Source: Balanoglossus misakiensis (taxonomy: Eukaryota; Animalia; Hemichordata). From it: a stretch of DNA of 64,000 nucleotides. The notes below the pieces were generated by a model. The model had not been told where the DNA came from, did not search any database, and saw nothing but the letters and a program-made list of their open reading frames with translations. The DNA lies in the NCBI GenBank assembly GCA_040954595.2, contig CM082578.2, positions 2,648,831 through 2,712,830 of the forward strand, given 5' to 3'. Positions within the stretch are counted from its first letter, which is position 1, and each line of letters begins with the position of its first letter. The translations under genes and the position numbers were made by a program. Positions 23,098-36,194 of this stretch are shown here, in pieces.

Positions 23098-25524
23098 GTA
23101 TGTGTTATTCCAATAATTTCTTTCATGCACTTTACTAACATTCTATTTCTATCTGTTTATCTCTACAGATCACACAAGACCTGGACCTGGATGCGCACAG
23201 GGACAGAGGTTTGGGGGTATTGGGCCCTTCCCGGGTAAGAACGAATTGTTTGATTTACTGTTCAAATTTCAGTTTGCAAACTGAGTTGTGGGACTCCTTC
23301 CTTTAGATAGGGACACACGGCCTTGTAATGGGATTCTGGGGGCAGGCCCTTTTAGAGTAGGTGCCGTCATAGTGGGTAGCTTCACGTGCTGACGGTGTAA
23401 TCTAAACATTGGAAAAATGTGTTTTCCAATGTTTGGAGACTAAACCCACTTCCCCAAAAATGTAAGCTGTCCTTTGAGAACCAAGTTCAAGAACACAGTG
23501 AGATGTCTCCAGGAATGAAGTCCATGGTGTTAGAAGATCTTGCCTGGCAGTGTGTTTTGGATCATGAGATTATTGGGCATGGCAGCTAACCAGTAATCAG
23601 GTAAATGATTGTACAGTGTTGCATTTCCCTGTCATGATGTTAAATGTGCATATTTGCGACATCTTTTTAAGACAACTAGATGATGTAAATCAAAATTTAG
23701 CATTTTTAGGAGATGTCTAACTGTAGTAAGCCAAACACCAGTAAGAACTAAAATATCTCCACTGGAAAACACAGTTTGACCAGCCTCTTGATTGAAAACC
23801 AAAGGAGACATGTTCCTGTAGCAAATGGTTTCTAGGGAGAAACTTGAAAAGCAATGACTGTTCCAGATGTTTTTTTTCTTTGCTGGCTTTAGTTGATTTT
23901 GTGGCTTGATTGTTTTGCAGGGTGGTGTGCAATTGGAGGAGAGAACTTGTTCAACATGAAGACCTCTGGAGAAGTTGTCTGTCCATCATGATGTTTCTGG
24001 AGCAAGACACTTGGAAAATAGGTCTGTCGTTGAAGTATCATCTAGAAAGGTAGTCGCTACCATTCAAATTAATATCCTGATGGCCACGAAAGTATTCTTT
24101 CAGTTTTTCTAATGACCTTCTTTGAAAAAAAGGAGAAAAAAATATAGGGTCCCCATGCAAAATGTTCCAGAAAATGGTACCAAAACCACCCAATTCAACA
24201 AAAATTGGGATATTTTGAAAAATAGGAATTTTCTTCAGAAATCCAATGTTTAGAAATCAGCTATGTTAACACCTTTCCATAAATCTAGTGATGCGTCAAA
24301 TCCATGCAACTATAGGGCCATAGCACTATCGAGCTGTTTATCAAAATTATGCAAGGTCAATTTTCAATACACAGTTAATCAGCTACCTAGACATTAACAG
24401 GCTTATTACACCATTTTGGTTCAGGTTCAGAAAGAACACAAGAACATCTGATTCTATGTTTGTTCCCAACACTGCAATAAACAAATGTGTCTAAACTGAA
24501 AGGAAAAAGAGAGGAAATTATTTATACTCGGCTTTTGTTGACTTGAGATGGGCTTCTGATTGTGTTTAGAAGAAGGATTTATTATTGAAGTTGGTAAATT
24601 TTATCAGTCATTAATTAAAACAAGGTTGGAAAATGTTAATTACAAGGTTTTCAAAGAGCTTTGAGACATCTTGTGGAGTTCAGCAGGGATGTAAGTTGTC
24701 TGCTACATTTTAATTTTTTTTCTAAATGATTGCACTGATATTTTGGGGGAAGCATCTGATTTTCTAGTCGAACTGGATAGTGTCAAGTTAAAACTGTATT
24801 ATTTATGCAGATCGATGATTTATTGCTAAATTTAGAATCTACGGAAGGGCTTCAAAACTGTGAAAGCAAACTAGGTGTATACCGCCAACAATGGGAGCTC
24901 ACAGTAAATGTCAAAAACCAAATTTATGATTCTCAACAGGCCTAGGAATAGCAGAATGGTAAAAAAAACTGTGCCTTTAAAATTCATGGTGAAATGATCA
25001 GTCAAGCCAAACAATTTGGTGTATGCTTAATACTCCTAATGGCAAATTTAAGCAAAACCAGTTACGCTTGAAAATGAAAACAATGAAAGCACTATTTACT
25101 ATTAAACGTTCAATTCTGTATGCTCCTCGAGCTGGTATTAGGAGTGAATAGGGTAGATTTCTAATCAGAATGAAAATGTTGAAATTCAGTACCCATAATG
25201 TAGAAATATGGGTACTTGTCATCATCAAAAAGAATTCAAATTATTTGATGTAAAATCTGGGTCACAGCTGTTCAAGAGTATAAAAATTAAGTACGAAAAA
25301 GACTTCTGTAGAATCTTGGAAAATTTCTACATAATGTTACAATTTTCAAAATAATTACTTGTACTTTACAGCACTCTCTGATCGTGCATGTTGTGTACTA
25401 AATAAAATATGAATTAAAGGCTAGAGCGCATAACAAGTTTTCCGCAAAACTCTGTAGGATAGTCCTGTTAAAATATTCACATCTTGAACTGCATTAATAC
25501 TGAAAAGCCAACGTTCATTGACTA

Positions 25525-25549
25525 CGCCCTCTGGAGGCCAGTCTCGCGA
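25525..25549. promoter_or_regulatory. Candidate TMEM220 promoter motifs
   Basis: CTCF-like TGGCCTCCAGAGGGCG (minus, 25525-25540) and TCTCGCGA (25542-25549), about 170 bp upstream of the ATG; motif matches only. Confidence 0.3.
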
Positions 25550-25711
25550 CCTCTGTTGACCTTGCAACAGGTCAATACATGTCAGCTGGTTGTAAGATTG
25601 GCTCAGGTCAGGTCAGTTGTTTGTGGAGTGTGTTGAACGCCTCCGATACATGGGGGACTGTTTTGGATTGTTTTCCATCATTCAAAATCTCCGGCGTAAA
25701 TTGTCGGGACC

Positions 25712-28451
25712 ATGCTGAGTTCAAAAAGCCAAGATACGGGATCTCTTGGATGGAGATTGATGAACGCATTCATGTGTGCACTGTTTGCTCTGTTTGCTTA
25801 TGTACAGGTACGTGTTGGTCATTTCCGGGTTTGGACACATTGGACCACGCCACGCTCCCTTGGGCGTGTTTGTGCAAGATTTCATAGACTGATAATAATT
25901 TTATATCAGTCTCGGCAGTGTCAAAAATAGAGCCACAAAATGTGTTATTCCTTAATACCATAGCCAAGTCCATCGCGTTACCAAGACCTGACATATTGTA
26001 GATCCAAAATATTTTCCAATTATTATAAATGCGTTTTGTGCATGTACATGTACTTTTGGAAGCCTTTCTAGTCCAGAGTGTGGTTAAATGTTTTATTTTA
26101 TAGAAAACTTAATGTCCATGTGAACTACACATTTCAAGGTTAAATTAAGTTTGCAGGAGTATCAGATTCATGCAAATGATGAAGAAAAAAATAAGTTAAC
26201 AAATTTTCCAAATAGAGCGAGGTTTATGATGGAAATTGGTCAGTATGAGATTAAAGGCAGTATCTATCATGCTTGTTTGGACCAGTACTGGCCGAATCGG
26301 AGCAAATAAAATGTCAGTGATGCTTATATTTTTCTTTGTTTGCAGAAAAATGATCCTGACCCAGAGTTATGGATGGTGAGTAACCGTGGTAACCATCAAA
26401 TGTTCTGACTGCAGGGTATTTTATTTATGATTCATCTCCAGTCTCTCTGCAAACAGAAATGACAGCTTAACTTACTGTTGGGTGAAGGAAAACCGCTGAC
26501 TTTACCCTTTCTGTCAAAACAGTGGATAGAAATTACCAAGCAACATATTAGACTTCTTGAAGTTAATTTTTTTCTAAATTCTTAGTTTGTCATGGGAACA
26601 CTGTAGCTGTTATCTTTGTCAAAAAGACATATGCTAGGTGCAGAAATTTCTGTTCATTTTCTGTGCCAGTCTTTGTGAAGTAGCACATTACTGGGGTGTG
26701 TCCAATGCGCCTTGCTTCCATCAATGGAACACACTCTAATATTAATTGTAGAAATATTTCTATGTGAAATAAGTTTTCCGTGTCAGAAAAGGTACTTTAT
26801 GAAATTAAAAACTGTGCAAAAAATACTGAAAGATATTTGGTTGTTTGTTTCAGGCTCTTTACAGTATACCTGCATTGTTGTGTCTGGCTGTAGCAGTGTC
26901 CAGTCATGTGACAGGTAAGTTGACTTTTTATGATGTAATTCAAACATTAAACAAAATGTTTAAGGCAGAAAAATACAACCATGGATGTGAATCTTGAATG
27001 TTTATATTGAGACTTCTTCAAATTGTAAAACTGATATTTTTGTGCACAAACGGTTTAATTACCCACAATGCCTTAGATATATTCATTGTTGTTCAGTTGA
27101 CATTTTAGAAATGTCATTCTGTCACAGCAAGTTAGTCTTTAACCAAAGTTTCTGAATCCTCCATCACAGAGATGAAAGGTCAATGATTTTAATAGCTTCA
27201 TGTACCACTGAGGTTAATGTGTGATGATTTTATATTTCCGCAAATCTCGTGTTTCTGGTTTAATTGTTGCGATTAAAGCAACCATAAATCGGACTACAAG
27301 ACAAAACGAATTATTTCTTTGTTTTCTCTATGCAGATAATCCAATATGGCGGATAACCTGCACACTGCATGTCATTGCCATGGGTTTGCTGTCGCTGTAT
27401 CTGACAAAGACGATAAAAGACAGCGAGACAGAAATGAAATTCTATGAAATGGAAGAAGCCAGGTAAGTTTAGTGTTTGATTTAAATGGTGAAAGCTGCAG
27501 TGATAAAAATTTACAGTTTTAATAAATGATGTCTACAATGTAGCCCTCACGAAATAAATTTTCAAAGCTTAGAGTCAATTTGAGAATTAAAAAATTCTCT
27601 GAGTCAGCCCTATACCTTTGCATGTAGTGTTGATAATTTTCTTGAGTCACCAGTGAGTTTGTTGGGTCAGTGGCGCCTCATATCAGCTTAGAGGGCACAC
27701 TGATGTCCAGTAGAACAGAAACTGGGGGTACTCAAAAATTGATATTTTTCATGTTTTGGCAATGGTGACAAATATTTTGATTCTGATCAAATTCTACAAT
27801 AAAATTAATAGCCACTGTTTTTATTTTTTATTCACAGAGAACTTGGTGGATTGGTTTTTGTTATGCTGTGGTTGATCATCTGCGGAAATTCTTCAAGGTC
27901 AGTTTTGTCTCCAGATTTTTGTTGCAGTCTTAAATTATTCATAAATATACACAGGCTGTTGTCACACTTTTTTCTTTTGAGGATTTTTGTTCAAACAAAT
28001 TAGAACACTTCCAGGACTAGATCGGTTTAAAGGTCTAGTGATGTGGTGTAATTTGAGGCACAATTTGTCACCTAATCACTGTTACATGTACCATGGAAAA
28101 TGCAAATACAGACAGTCACTGATTTTCAGTTAGTACGTGGCACATCCCCAAAAAGTGCCACGATGGCTATTAGAATACTTAGACACAACCTTCGGCCATG
28201 TAAAGTCATATGAAATTTTCATATTTATAATGGTTGCAATATTTTCAGGAACATCTCTTTACCACCCTTCATTGTTGTCATATTTTTTGTTCGCCAGGTT
28301 GCGTTTGAGTTTGACATATCTGACACTTGGTTGCGCTGTGCTGGCATCGGTTCCTATCTTGCTCTGGATAGGCGTGTACATCAACACGGAGTACAGAGAG
28401 AAAATGCCGGAACACTGTAAAACTGTCATGTATGCAGATAAGGACTCGTAG
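25712..28451 (+). CDS. TMEM220: Transmembrane protein 220, complete 6-exon gene
   Basis: Exons 25712-25807, 26346-26375, 26854-26914, 27336-27462, 27838-27897, 28298-28451, all GT-AG and phase-compatible. Product ...GWRLMNAFMCALFALFAYVQ-KNDPDPELWM-ALYSIPALL...DNPIWR...EEARELGGLVFVMLW...YINTEYREKMPEHCKTVM matches TMEM220 motifs (VQxNDPD, EEGRELxGL, HCKTV). Confidence 0.93.
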
Positions 28452-29199
28452 TGGAAATCGAAGGACCAAGGAAAATGGCGGCCTGTCTAAGCTGGAACCT
28501 TGTGGATATATACCGTACTGAGACACTGGTGTTGACTGTGACATGCACATTGCTGTAATGTATGGCTTGGAAGCTCATGTTAGCCACAGACAACTTTGAT
28601 ATGGACATGCAGGTGAAAACAGTGATGCACTGCATTGTTCCAAATCTCCTGGACAATTCCTCGAACAATAGTGCTGCAGCGCATTGCCTATTGGCATAGC
28701 AACCTTAAATAACAAAGCATAGGGACTTCACCGTAGCAGTAGTGGCCAAGTGCAAAAGTGACATGGGGAAATAATATTGTTCCGCTATCCTGATTTAATT
28801 AAATGAATCAAACTTTGGCTCAAACCTAAATAGTGGGTAGTTTTCATGAAAAGAATTCATGATCCTAGCATTCGGAGTGTTTGACACAGGCTCAAATTTA
28901 GCAGAAGTCACATGTCAACTGACTACCAATGCTCCTTACAGACTAATAAATTTTGCAAAATGGTGGTCACCGCTGACTACCAGTAGGTGGAGCCATTTTA
29001 ACTGTCAACACTCTATTACTAGAAGGCATATATGTTGCTAAAAGTTTTTAGGAAAATTTTCCCTGTCAGAATTCCATTAATCAAATTTTCAGCCAATGTT
29101 TCATACTTTTATTTGTTTGTTTGGCAGAGTGCTTTCATTTCAATTTATAAAGTTGTGTTGTTGCTTTAGATATTGTTTTAGTATTCTGGACCGTAGTAA

Positions 29200-29690
29200 A
29201 TGACTTTCCTAGCTCAATTCAGACTTGGAATTTTGCCAGTATGATTTGAAACGGGCGGATTTGGTATATTTTACACAGAGAATGCAATGGAAGACGAATT
29301 TCACTTTCTTTTACACTGTACTTTATATAATGGAAATTTATTTGATATTACCAGCAAGCATTTTCAAGATTTTCAAGAATTGCCAGATACGGAGAAACTC
29401 AAACTCTTCCTCAATGACATGAGTCAAGGTACACCAAAACTTATTGCTAAATGGGTAACGTAAGTCCCTACTTTACAAAGTACATGTACACTGACTGCCT
29501 ATACCTTGTTTTGTCTTCAACAATTGTGTGAGTTCAGGTATTTTCAGAAACCTGTGTTAGTGTGTTTTTCCCTCTTATTTTTATGTATCCTGACTAGCAA
29601 CTCGTATGAGAATGTATTTATTATTTACAGTGATGAATCAGCCCATTGTGGCTTGTCGTATTGCATTTAAGTCAATAAATAAATATCTAT
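29200..29690 (+). mobile_element. Degenerate 3' end of a non-LTR retrotransposon
   Basis: Remnant LPV*FETG...AMEDEFHFLLHCTLY, the C-terminal motif of CR1/L2-group ORF2, followed by an AATAAATAAA tail near 29675. Confidence 0.6.
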
Positions 29691-30269
29691 TTATTAAGTC
29701 AGTGATTGCGTGATTGAAATATTTTGTCAGTCTCCATGGGAAATATCTGCGCACCTTCAAAATGTATACTTTAATTCTGTCATGTTGATAAAAAGTATGC
29801 AGATTCCAATTTGCTGTTCTGATAACTATTAGCTATATGCGTGCCTTTATTAATTATAGTCAACAAGTTATGGCTAGTTTGGAGATATGAAGTATTTGAG
29901 CTCAGTAGCTGCTAAATGTCTGAACGTCAGCTATTCTGACAATCTAGCTCCCCCCCCCATCCCCCCACCTCCCCCACCCCACCCCCCACCCAAACTTCAG
30001 CTTATGATTAAAGGGACACTGCGGTAGCTGTAACTGTTGGCTCTATTGACAGTATTTTTGTTCTTGCACCAAATGCGATATAGTTTTCTACTCCAAGACC
30101 CATCCTACCGGTAATATACCGTACGGCACTAAGTACAGCTTTTGAGATTATAGCCTGTAGGTGACTGTGTGTAATGGCCACCGAAGCCGAAAAATATAAA
30201 ACCTGATATCCTGCTTATACTTTCAAACAGATTTTTGATCATAGACTTTTCTTCTATCTCATCAGCAGA

Positions 30270-30513
30270 ATGTCTGTGAAAAGTTTCCTGAAGTTGTGTT
30301 TGACAAAGCACCCAGACGGCCCCCCTGACTGTTGGAGATACGTGATCGTCATCTGTAATATCATTGTGACGTTATTCTGCATTGGTCTGAATTATGGCAT
30401 GTGGATCTTGATTGAGGGACTGAGAGACTTTTTCAGAGAATATCATGCGGTGAGAGACAAGGTGGATACAGAATGGATTGTTTATATCAGTATTGTCATG
30501 GTTGGTCTCACAG
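30270..30513 (+). CDS. First coding exon of a monocarboxylate transporter (SLC16/MCT-like MFS); later exons not found
   Basis: PDGPPDCWRYVIVICNIIVTLFCIGLNYGMWILIEGLRDFF...TEWIVYISIVMVGLT(G)|gtatgt resembles the MCT N-terminal PPDGGWGW-TM1-TM2 exon ending in phase 1. Confidence 0.65.
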
Positions 30514-31269
30514 GTATGTTGTGGTTGCATTCTAGTTTTCTGTCTCTTACCGGTACTTGGTGATTGACTGCTCATGCAATGGCCTTACCGGAATCGCCCT
30601 TACTGCCGGGAAAAGCTGAACTTTTGGCTACATTAAATTTCAGTATTTTTGTTCTGTGTGCCAAAATTGGCAACTATGCGATTTCTTGTTCTATTCCAAA
30701 CAGCATTCCTACAAAATTAAACCCAGTACTCCACTTGTCAACATAGACTGTATGTGTGTAACTGCCATTGTTATTGTTGACAAATGAATTCTAGTCCGGA
30801 TTAGAATACAAATTTTGCACATTAGCAATCAGCTCACTTTATACTTATAATATATACCGGTAGGTTGTGTTTTAATAAGTTGGATACTGGGTATTTCATC
30901 ATGTTTCAGGGATCTGAACAAGAAACTGCAGTATAAACACACACTTAAACATACTGTAGATATAGCCAAAAGTTGCAGCCAATGAAGGTTTAATTACCAC
31001 AGCTTTTATTTTGGATCGTATGACACCATGAAATGATATAGGACATTCCAAACGCAATCAGCTCACTGAAGATCACACATGAAAAATTAATCACTTTGTT
31101 GATAAAATCTCACCTTCAAATGGGTGATGTACAATAGAAATGATGAAATAAAATGACCCTGGAATTCTGCCGACTTGGCATGAGACATTTTCCTCCAATA
31201 AATTAAACACTCATCACTGTTTACATGTAACACAATTCAAGGCTCCTCAACGGAGAATTCAGTTCTGTT

Positions 31270-31560
31270 CATTTCAATCACTCTTTATTCATCCCAAAAA
31301 GGGGAAGTAAATTGGCGGACAAAAATGGACACAAGAAGTCAATTTATAACAACCAAACCTGTACAAAATGAACAGGACTTAAAAAGTCAAGTCACGTTGC
31401 ATACATGTGAAACCATTCAAAAGTAGAAGCCAACAGCCACATGGTGGATGAGATAAAAGAGTTCCTTTGACGGTTTGTCTTGTAAACCGGACAGCTTACG
31501 TTGATGCCCATTCTCAGAAGGAAGAAATTACATTTTGATTAAGCTACTAGGATCTTCAGT
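31270..31560 (-). mobile_element. Degenerate LINE 3' end (Rex/Babar-like)
   Basis: Minus strand CPVYKTNRQRNSFISS resembles the xTNRFKNSFIP C-terminal motif; AATAAA-containing tail near 31270-31290. Confidence 0.45.
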
Positions 31561-31883
31561 TGCTGTAATGCCCTGTCTACACTACGGTTGGCTGCTTCGT
31601 TCATTCTACATGTAAGAATTGTCCAATTTCAAGGATTTGTGGATGAATGTAATGTTTTTAAACAAACAAACGACTAGACGACTGGTCCAAGCACAATCGA
31701 AATCGCATCTTTCAGGGTCTCCGTGAAATGAAATGAATTGAAGTGGCTACGGGAACTGAACTGGGTTTTACACAAATGCTGGGCAAATACTGCCATTAAC
31801 AACCACACTACCTGTTTTTTTTATTTTGCAGTATGTTTATTTTATTTTTTATAATTATAAGAGGCAACCTGAGATGCCGAGTG

Positions 31884-34115
31884 TTAGGGACCGTTCAGTT
31901 TTTACGGCAGGGCGGAGGGTCGGCAAGTTTGAGTCATCGGTTTTCAAAATCAGGCCGACCCCCCATTCACTCAGCACCAAAAAATGATGACCCCCCCCCC
32001 CCACGCCGAAAACATTCGCCGTCCTGATCCTATGTACACTATATGCATTATAGGGAATGAGGGTTCCCACACCTCAATTCTAAATTTCTTAAAGTGATTG
32101 AAGTACATAATAGTATATCGTTGCAATAAGAATGAATTATGAATAAATTAGAATGACAAGTCAATACAATAGTTGGAAGGCGGTAGGTTTTGAAGCAAAG
32201 CGGACAAAATACGGCTAGGACTAGGCTAGTAGGATTGGTAAAACAAGAAAAGTGTGGGTGGGGGGGTGTCCCCCTCCCACACGAGAAAATTTTGTAAAAT
32301 ACGGTGCTCAAAGTTGCATTTGAATGAACTCAACAGCAAATTAAGTAAATGTTAGGGAGGACAAATTTTACTTTTGCCAGTCAATGTTAGTGTCAGTGGG
32401 GGTGGGAAAGTGCTACGCCTTGGTATGCTAGATGTGGTGAACAATTAAGGGGGTGGGTGTGGGAGGGGGTGTCCCCCTCCGTCATAAGAAAATTTTGAAA
32501 AATATTGGGCTAAAAGTTGCATTTTTATGAACTCAAAAGCACATTAACTCAATATTGGGGAGGACCAATTTTACTTTTGCTACTCCACTCAAAGTACGCA
32601 TCGGGTGGCAAGAAGTGGGTCCTCGTACACTAGACAAACCAGCCAATAAATGCAATGTGGCGGAGAATGAAGGGGGTGGGTGTGGGAGGAGGTGTCCCCC
32701 TCCCACATGAGAAAATTTTGTAAAATAAAGGGCGCAAAATTCTGTGGACTCAAAACCAAAAGTTCGGTGGCAAAAGTATGTGACCGCCCCCTAAACGTTT
32801 AAAAAAAACAGATGACCCCCCCCCCCCATTTTGGACTTCAAAATTTAAGTGACCCCCCCCCCCCTGGATTTTGCCGACCCCCCTCGAGTGTTTCGAGGAG
32901 ATATTAGAGAGGTTTAGTTACACGTAAATACGTTCGATCAGTACGCGTAGCGTCATTGTCACATGATAAGCAGACGTCGCGTACGCGTAGAACAGAAGTT
33001 CGGAACGGCAAGCGACGCTTCTATGCGTAATCATGATTACGTGTAACATTTTTTCGGAATTTCTCGATATTCTCTCTTTAATTTGAGCGATTATTCTCTT
33101 AAGTGCAATTGTGATATAGCCAGCATCCATGCTATCTAAAAAAAAATCTGCCATATGTGCTAAAACCGGCGCTATTTGGTGTTTTCAAAACATAAACACA
33201 AAAATTTATTCCGAAACTACGTTTTCAGTGGACGCCTCGACAAAGACATCGGAAAACTTCACTAAACTATCTTTCCACTGCAGACAAGAAACTCATTGCA
33301 AGGGTGGTTATCTTAGAGAATATTCATCACACACAAAATTTATTGAAGTGAAAAATATTTGAATTTTCTATTGTTTTTAACTGTTGTAGTTATTCAAAAC
33401 GTACAACTAAACCGCAAAATTCACGCGTCGCTACGCATACGCGAACGCCACTGCCTGCCGTCAGACGTAAGCGTATTTACGTGTAACTAAACCTCTCTAA
33501 TATCTCCTCGAAACACTCAACGCCCCCCCCCCCCATTTTCTTTAACAGAGCAAACACATCACCTATCTATCTTGTAAAAAAGAAAAACAGCCCTCCCACG
33601 AAAAAAATTTGAAACTGATGTTTCCCCTCAACAGTGGGTATTAAAACTGAACATTGTATTTTTTTTAAGTATTTGTATTCTGTGTTGGGAGACATTGTAA
33701 ACCGAGAATTGAAGGGGGTGGGTTTGGGAGGGGGTGACCCCTTCCCATGTAAGAAAATTTTATAAAATACAGAGCTAAAAGCTGCATTTTAATGAACCCC
33801 GCAAAAGCAAATTAACTGAACTACCGCTATGTTGGGGACGACAAATTTAACCGATTGAAAGGTGTTGATGGATGGAGGGGGTGGTTGTGGGAGGGGGTGT
33901 CGCCCTCCCACATTAGAATTTTGTAAAATAAAGGGCGCGAAACTGCATTTTTGTGGACTCAAAATAAATATTTAGTCGTCAAAGTTTTCAAGTACCCCCC
34001 CTTTCAGTCCCTAAATTATTTCAAATCCCCCCTTACATAACCTCAATTTTTTCAAATCCCCCCCCCCTCTCAATCTCTCGCCCCCCCCTCTAGAGGTGTT
34101 TGTGAATGCAGCCTA
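31884..34115. repeat. Cluster of G/C-tract-rich non-autonomous repeats
   Basis: Repeated GGGGGTGGGTGTGGGAGGGGGTGTCCCCTCCC + AAAATTTTGTAAAATA units at ~32255, ~32450, ~32670, ~33715 and ~33875, with poly-C tracts. Confidence 0.6.
32886..33518. mobile_element. TIR element with 47-bp perfect inverted ends
   Basis: GAGTGTTTCGAGGAGATATTAGAGAGGTTTAGTTACACGTAAATACG is inverted exactly at 33472-33518; no TSD seen. Confidence 0.75.
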
Positions 34116-34999
34116 ATAGACTCCATTTCAAGCCTTGACCACGCACGTATCCATACGCACTGATCAAAACTCGATCATGTGATAGTTCAATTAGATTTAA
34201 ATATCGTTAATTAATTAATTAGGGCCCAAGCCAAGCCAGGCATTTACTTAGTTTGCTTTTGAGTTCATTCAAATGCAACTTTGAGCACCGTATTTTACAA
34301 AATTTTCTCGTGTGGGAGGGGGACACCCACCCCCCCACCCCCACTTTTCTTGTTTTACCAATCCTACTAGCCTAGTCCTAGCCGTATTTTGTCCGCTTTG
34401 CTTCAAAAACTACCGCCTGCCAACTATTGTATTGACTTGTCATTCTAATTTATTCATAATTCATTCTTATTGCAACGATATACTATTATGTATTTATCTG
34501 TGCGTGCAGATAACTGTCGGTCCAATATTTAAAGGCCAGTGACGAATGGGTGAGTGGCGATGCGTTTGTTTATTTATATATTTCTGGTATTTGTCTGAAA
34601 ATCACCTCAAGCCGACAAATTGCATGATTTCCCTGTCTTTACATTTTCCATATGGTAATGTTCTGGGGTATGCGATTTTGGACAGTCTCATTTTTGAGAC
34701 AGGTTTAAATGTCACAGGTGTGTGTTTAATCCCAGAAGTTTATTTCATGTATTTATCTGTACACCAATAGTTTATGTATTTTATTTACTGCTTTACACTT
34801 AGCATTGTAGTTTATGTATTGTTAGACATGCTTTGTTTTAGCACCTGACTTCATAGGCTAATATGACCTTTAGTGTAGGCCTCACTACAAGTATATATAG
34901 AACTTGAAGTCAGGGAGTGGGTCTTATTGTCAGCCACAACTGCTTGTAGCCAGCAGACAAGACATTCTCATGCTCAGCGCAGCTTCACACACAGCAACT

Positions 35000-36165
35000 A
35001 TGCCAGAGACCACTCCACAGCCAGCTGACCAGCTATACTCATCGACAAGCTCACCTGAAGCCTCAACACTGCAGCCGCATCAAGATCAACCAGATGAACC
35101 TTTCATCGACTGGGCTACCAGGTATGGGCTTTCCTCAAAATCTATAGACATTCTCACAAAGCATGAATGCGATAACTACCTAGCCCTGATGCATTTGGAA
35201 GAAGAGAGTATTGGTCGACTCAAACTCTCAACGGGTCAACTGGGCATCTTCAAGTCAGCTCTCAATAACCTCCGCAAGTCTCACCAGCCCATAACAAGCA
35301 CCGGCCCAACTTCACAACCACAGCAGATGCCAAATGCGGCCAGCCTGAGATACAACACTGATCAACTGACGGCTGCAGTCCAGATGATCCTGAACAACAC
35401 GAGCCCCACTGGTACTGGCCAACCAGCACAACCAAGCCAGATGAGCAACGCAGCAACTGCCAACCCCATCAATCCGATGCTTTCACCACAGCCTGTAGCC
35501 ATGGCAAACACAAGGGCAGATATCGACCCCACCATCTACGTGACAAATTCACGAGGTAAGAAACCCTTAGAAGTGGTAGATTTCATCTTCACTGGGAGTT
35601 ATATGGAGAAAGAACAAGTTCTCCACTATGGAGCCGATGGACAAGATGTTGTCATCAAGAACGTTAAGGCTTGAAGCCTAAACTGGACAATGTGACTCTT
35701 GCCCAATGGGGTATTGCGAACACTCGCATAATGTTAACACTGTATGAATCTGAAGCTTTAAATCATATCACTGTCGCTAATTATATGGCTTATACTTTTA
35801 AAGTATTTAGATTAGCTTTATATTATGACTGGCACTGTGTGCTAAATTATGACAGGGAATATCGTTGGCTACAAGCCAATCATGGGTTTGCTTGGGGCAG
35901 CGATTTACCAGATCTCAACATTTTCCTCAATAATCCTGTTGTCTTTAAGAACAACCAATCCATGGGTAATAAGGGATACAAACGGCAACCCTCTCAAAAT
36001 AGTGTGGAAATCTGCCGCAACTACAACACTCGTCAAGGGTGTCGTTTTGGGGAAACCTGTAAATATGTCCATTCTTGTATTGTCCCAGGTTGTGGTAAAA
36101 GTCACCCACAGACCCAACATCTGTCAAAAAACGGGACACACCCTCCACCACCTCACGGTTCTTAG
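35000..36165 (+). pseudogene. Retrotransposon ORF1 (Gag-like) with SAM-like segment and CCCH finger; frameshift at ~35670
   Basis: ORFs 34904-35674 and 35671-36165 join at VIKNVK/KPKLDNVTLAQW. C-terminus CRNYNTRQGCRFGETCKYVHSCIVPGCGKSH. Confidence 0.8.
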
Positions 36166-36194
36166 TTCAGAATGCCACAAGCCTGACTGATTTT

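Noticed and set aside
23300-24120. Possible decayed coding sequence on the minus strand
   Set aside because: Multiple stops and no recognisable motif; cannot be assigned by eye.
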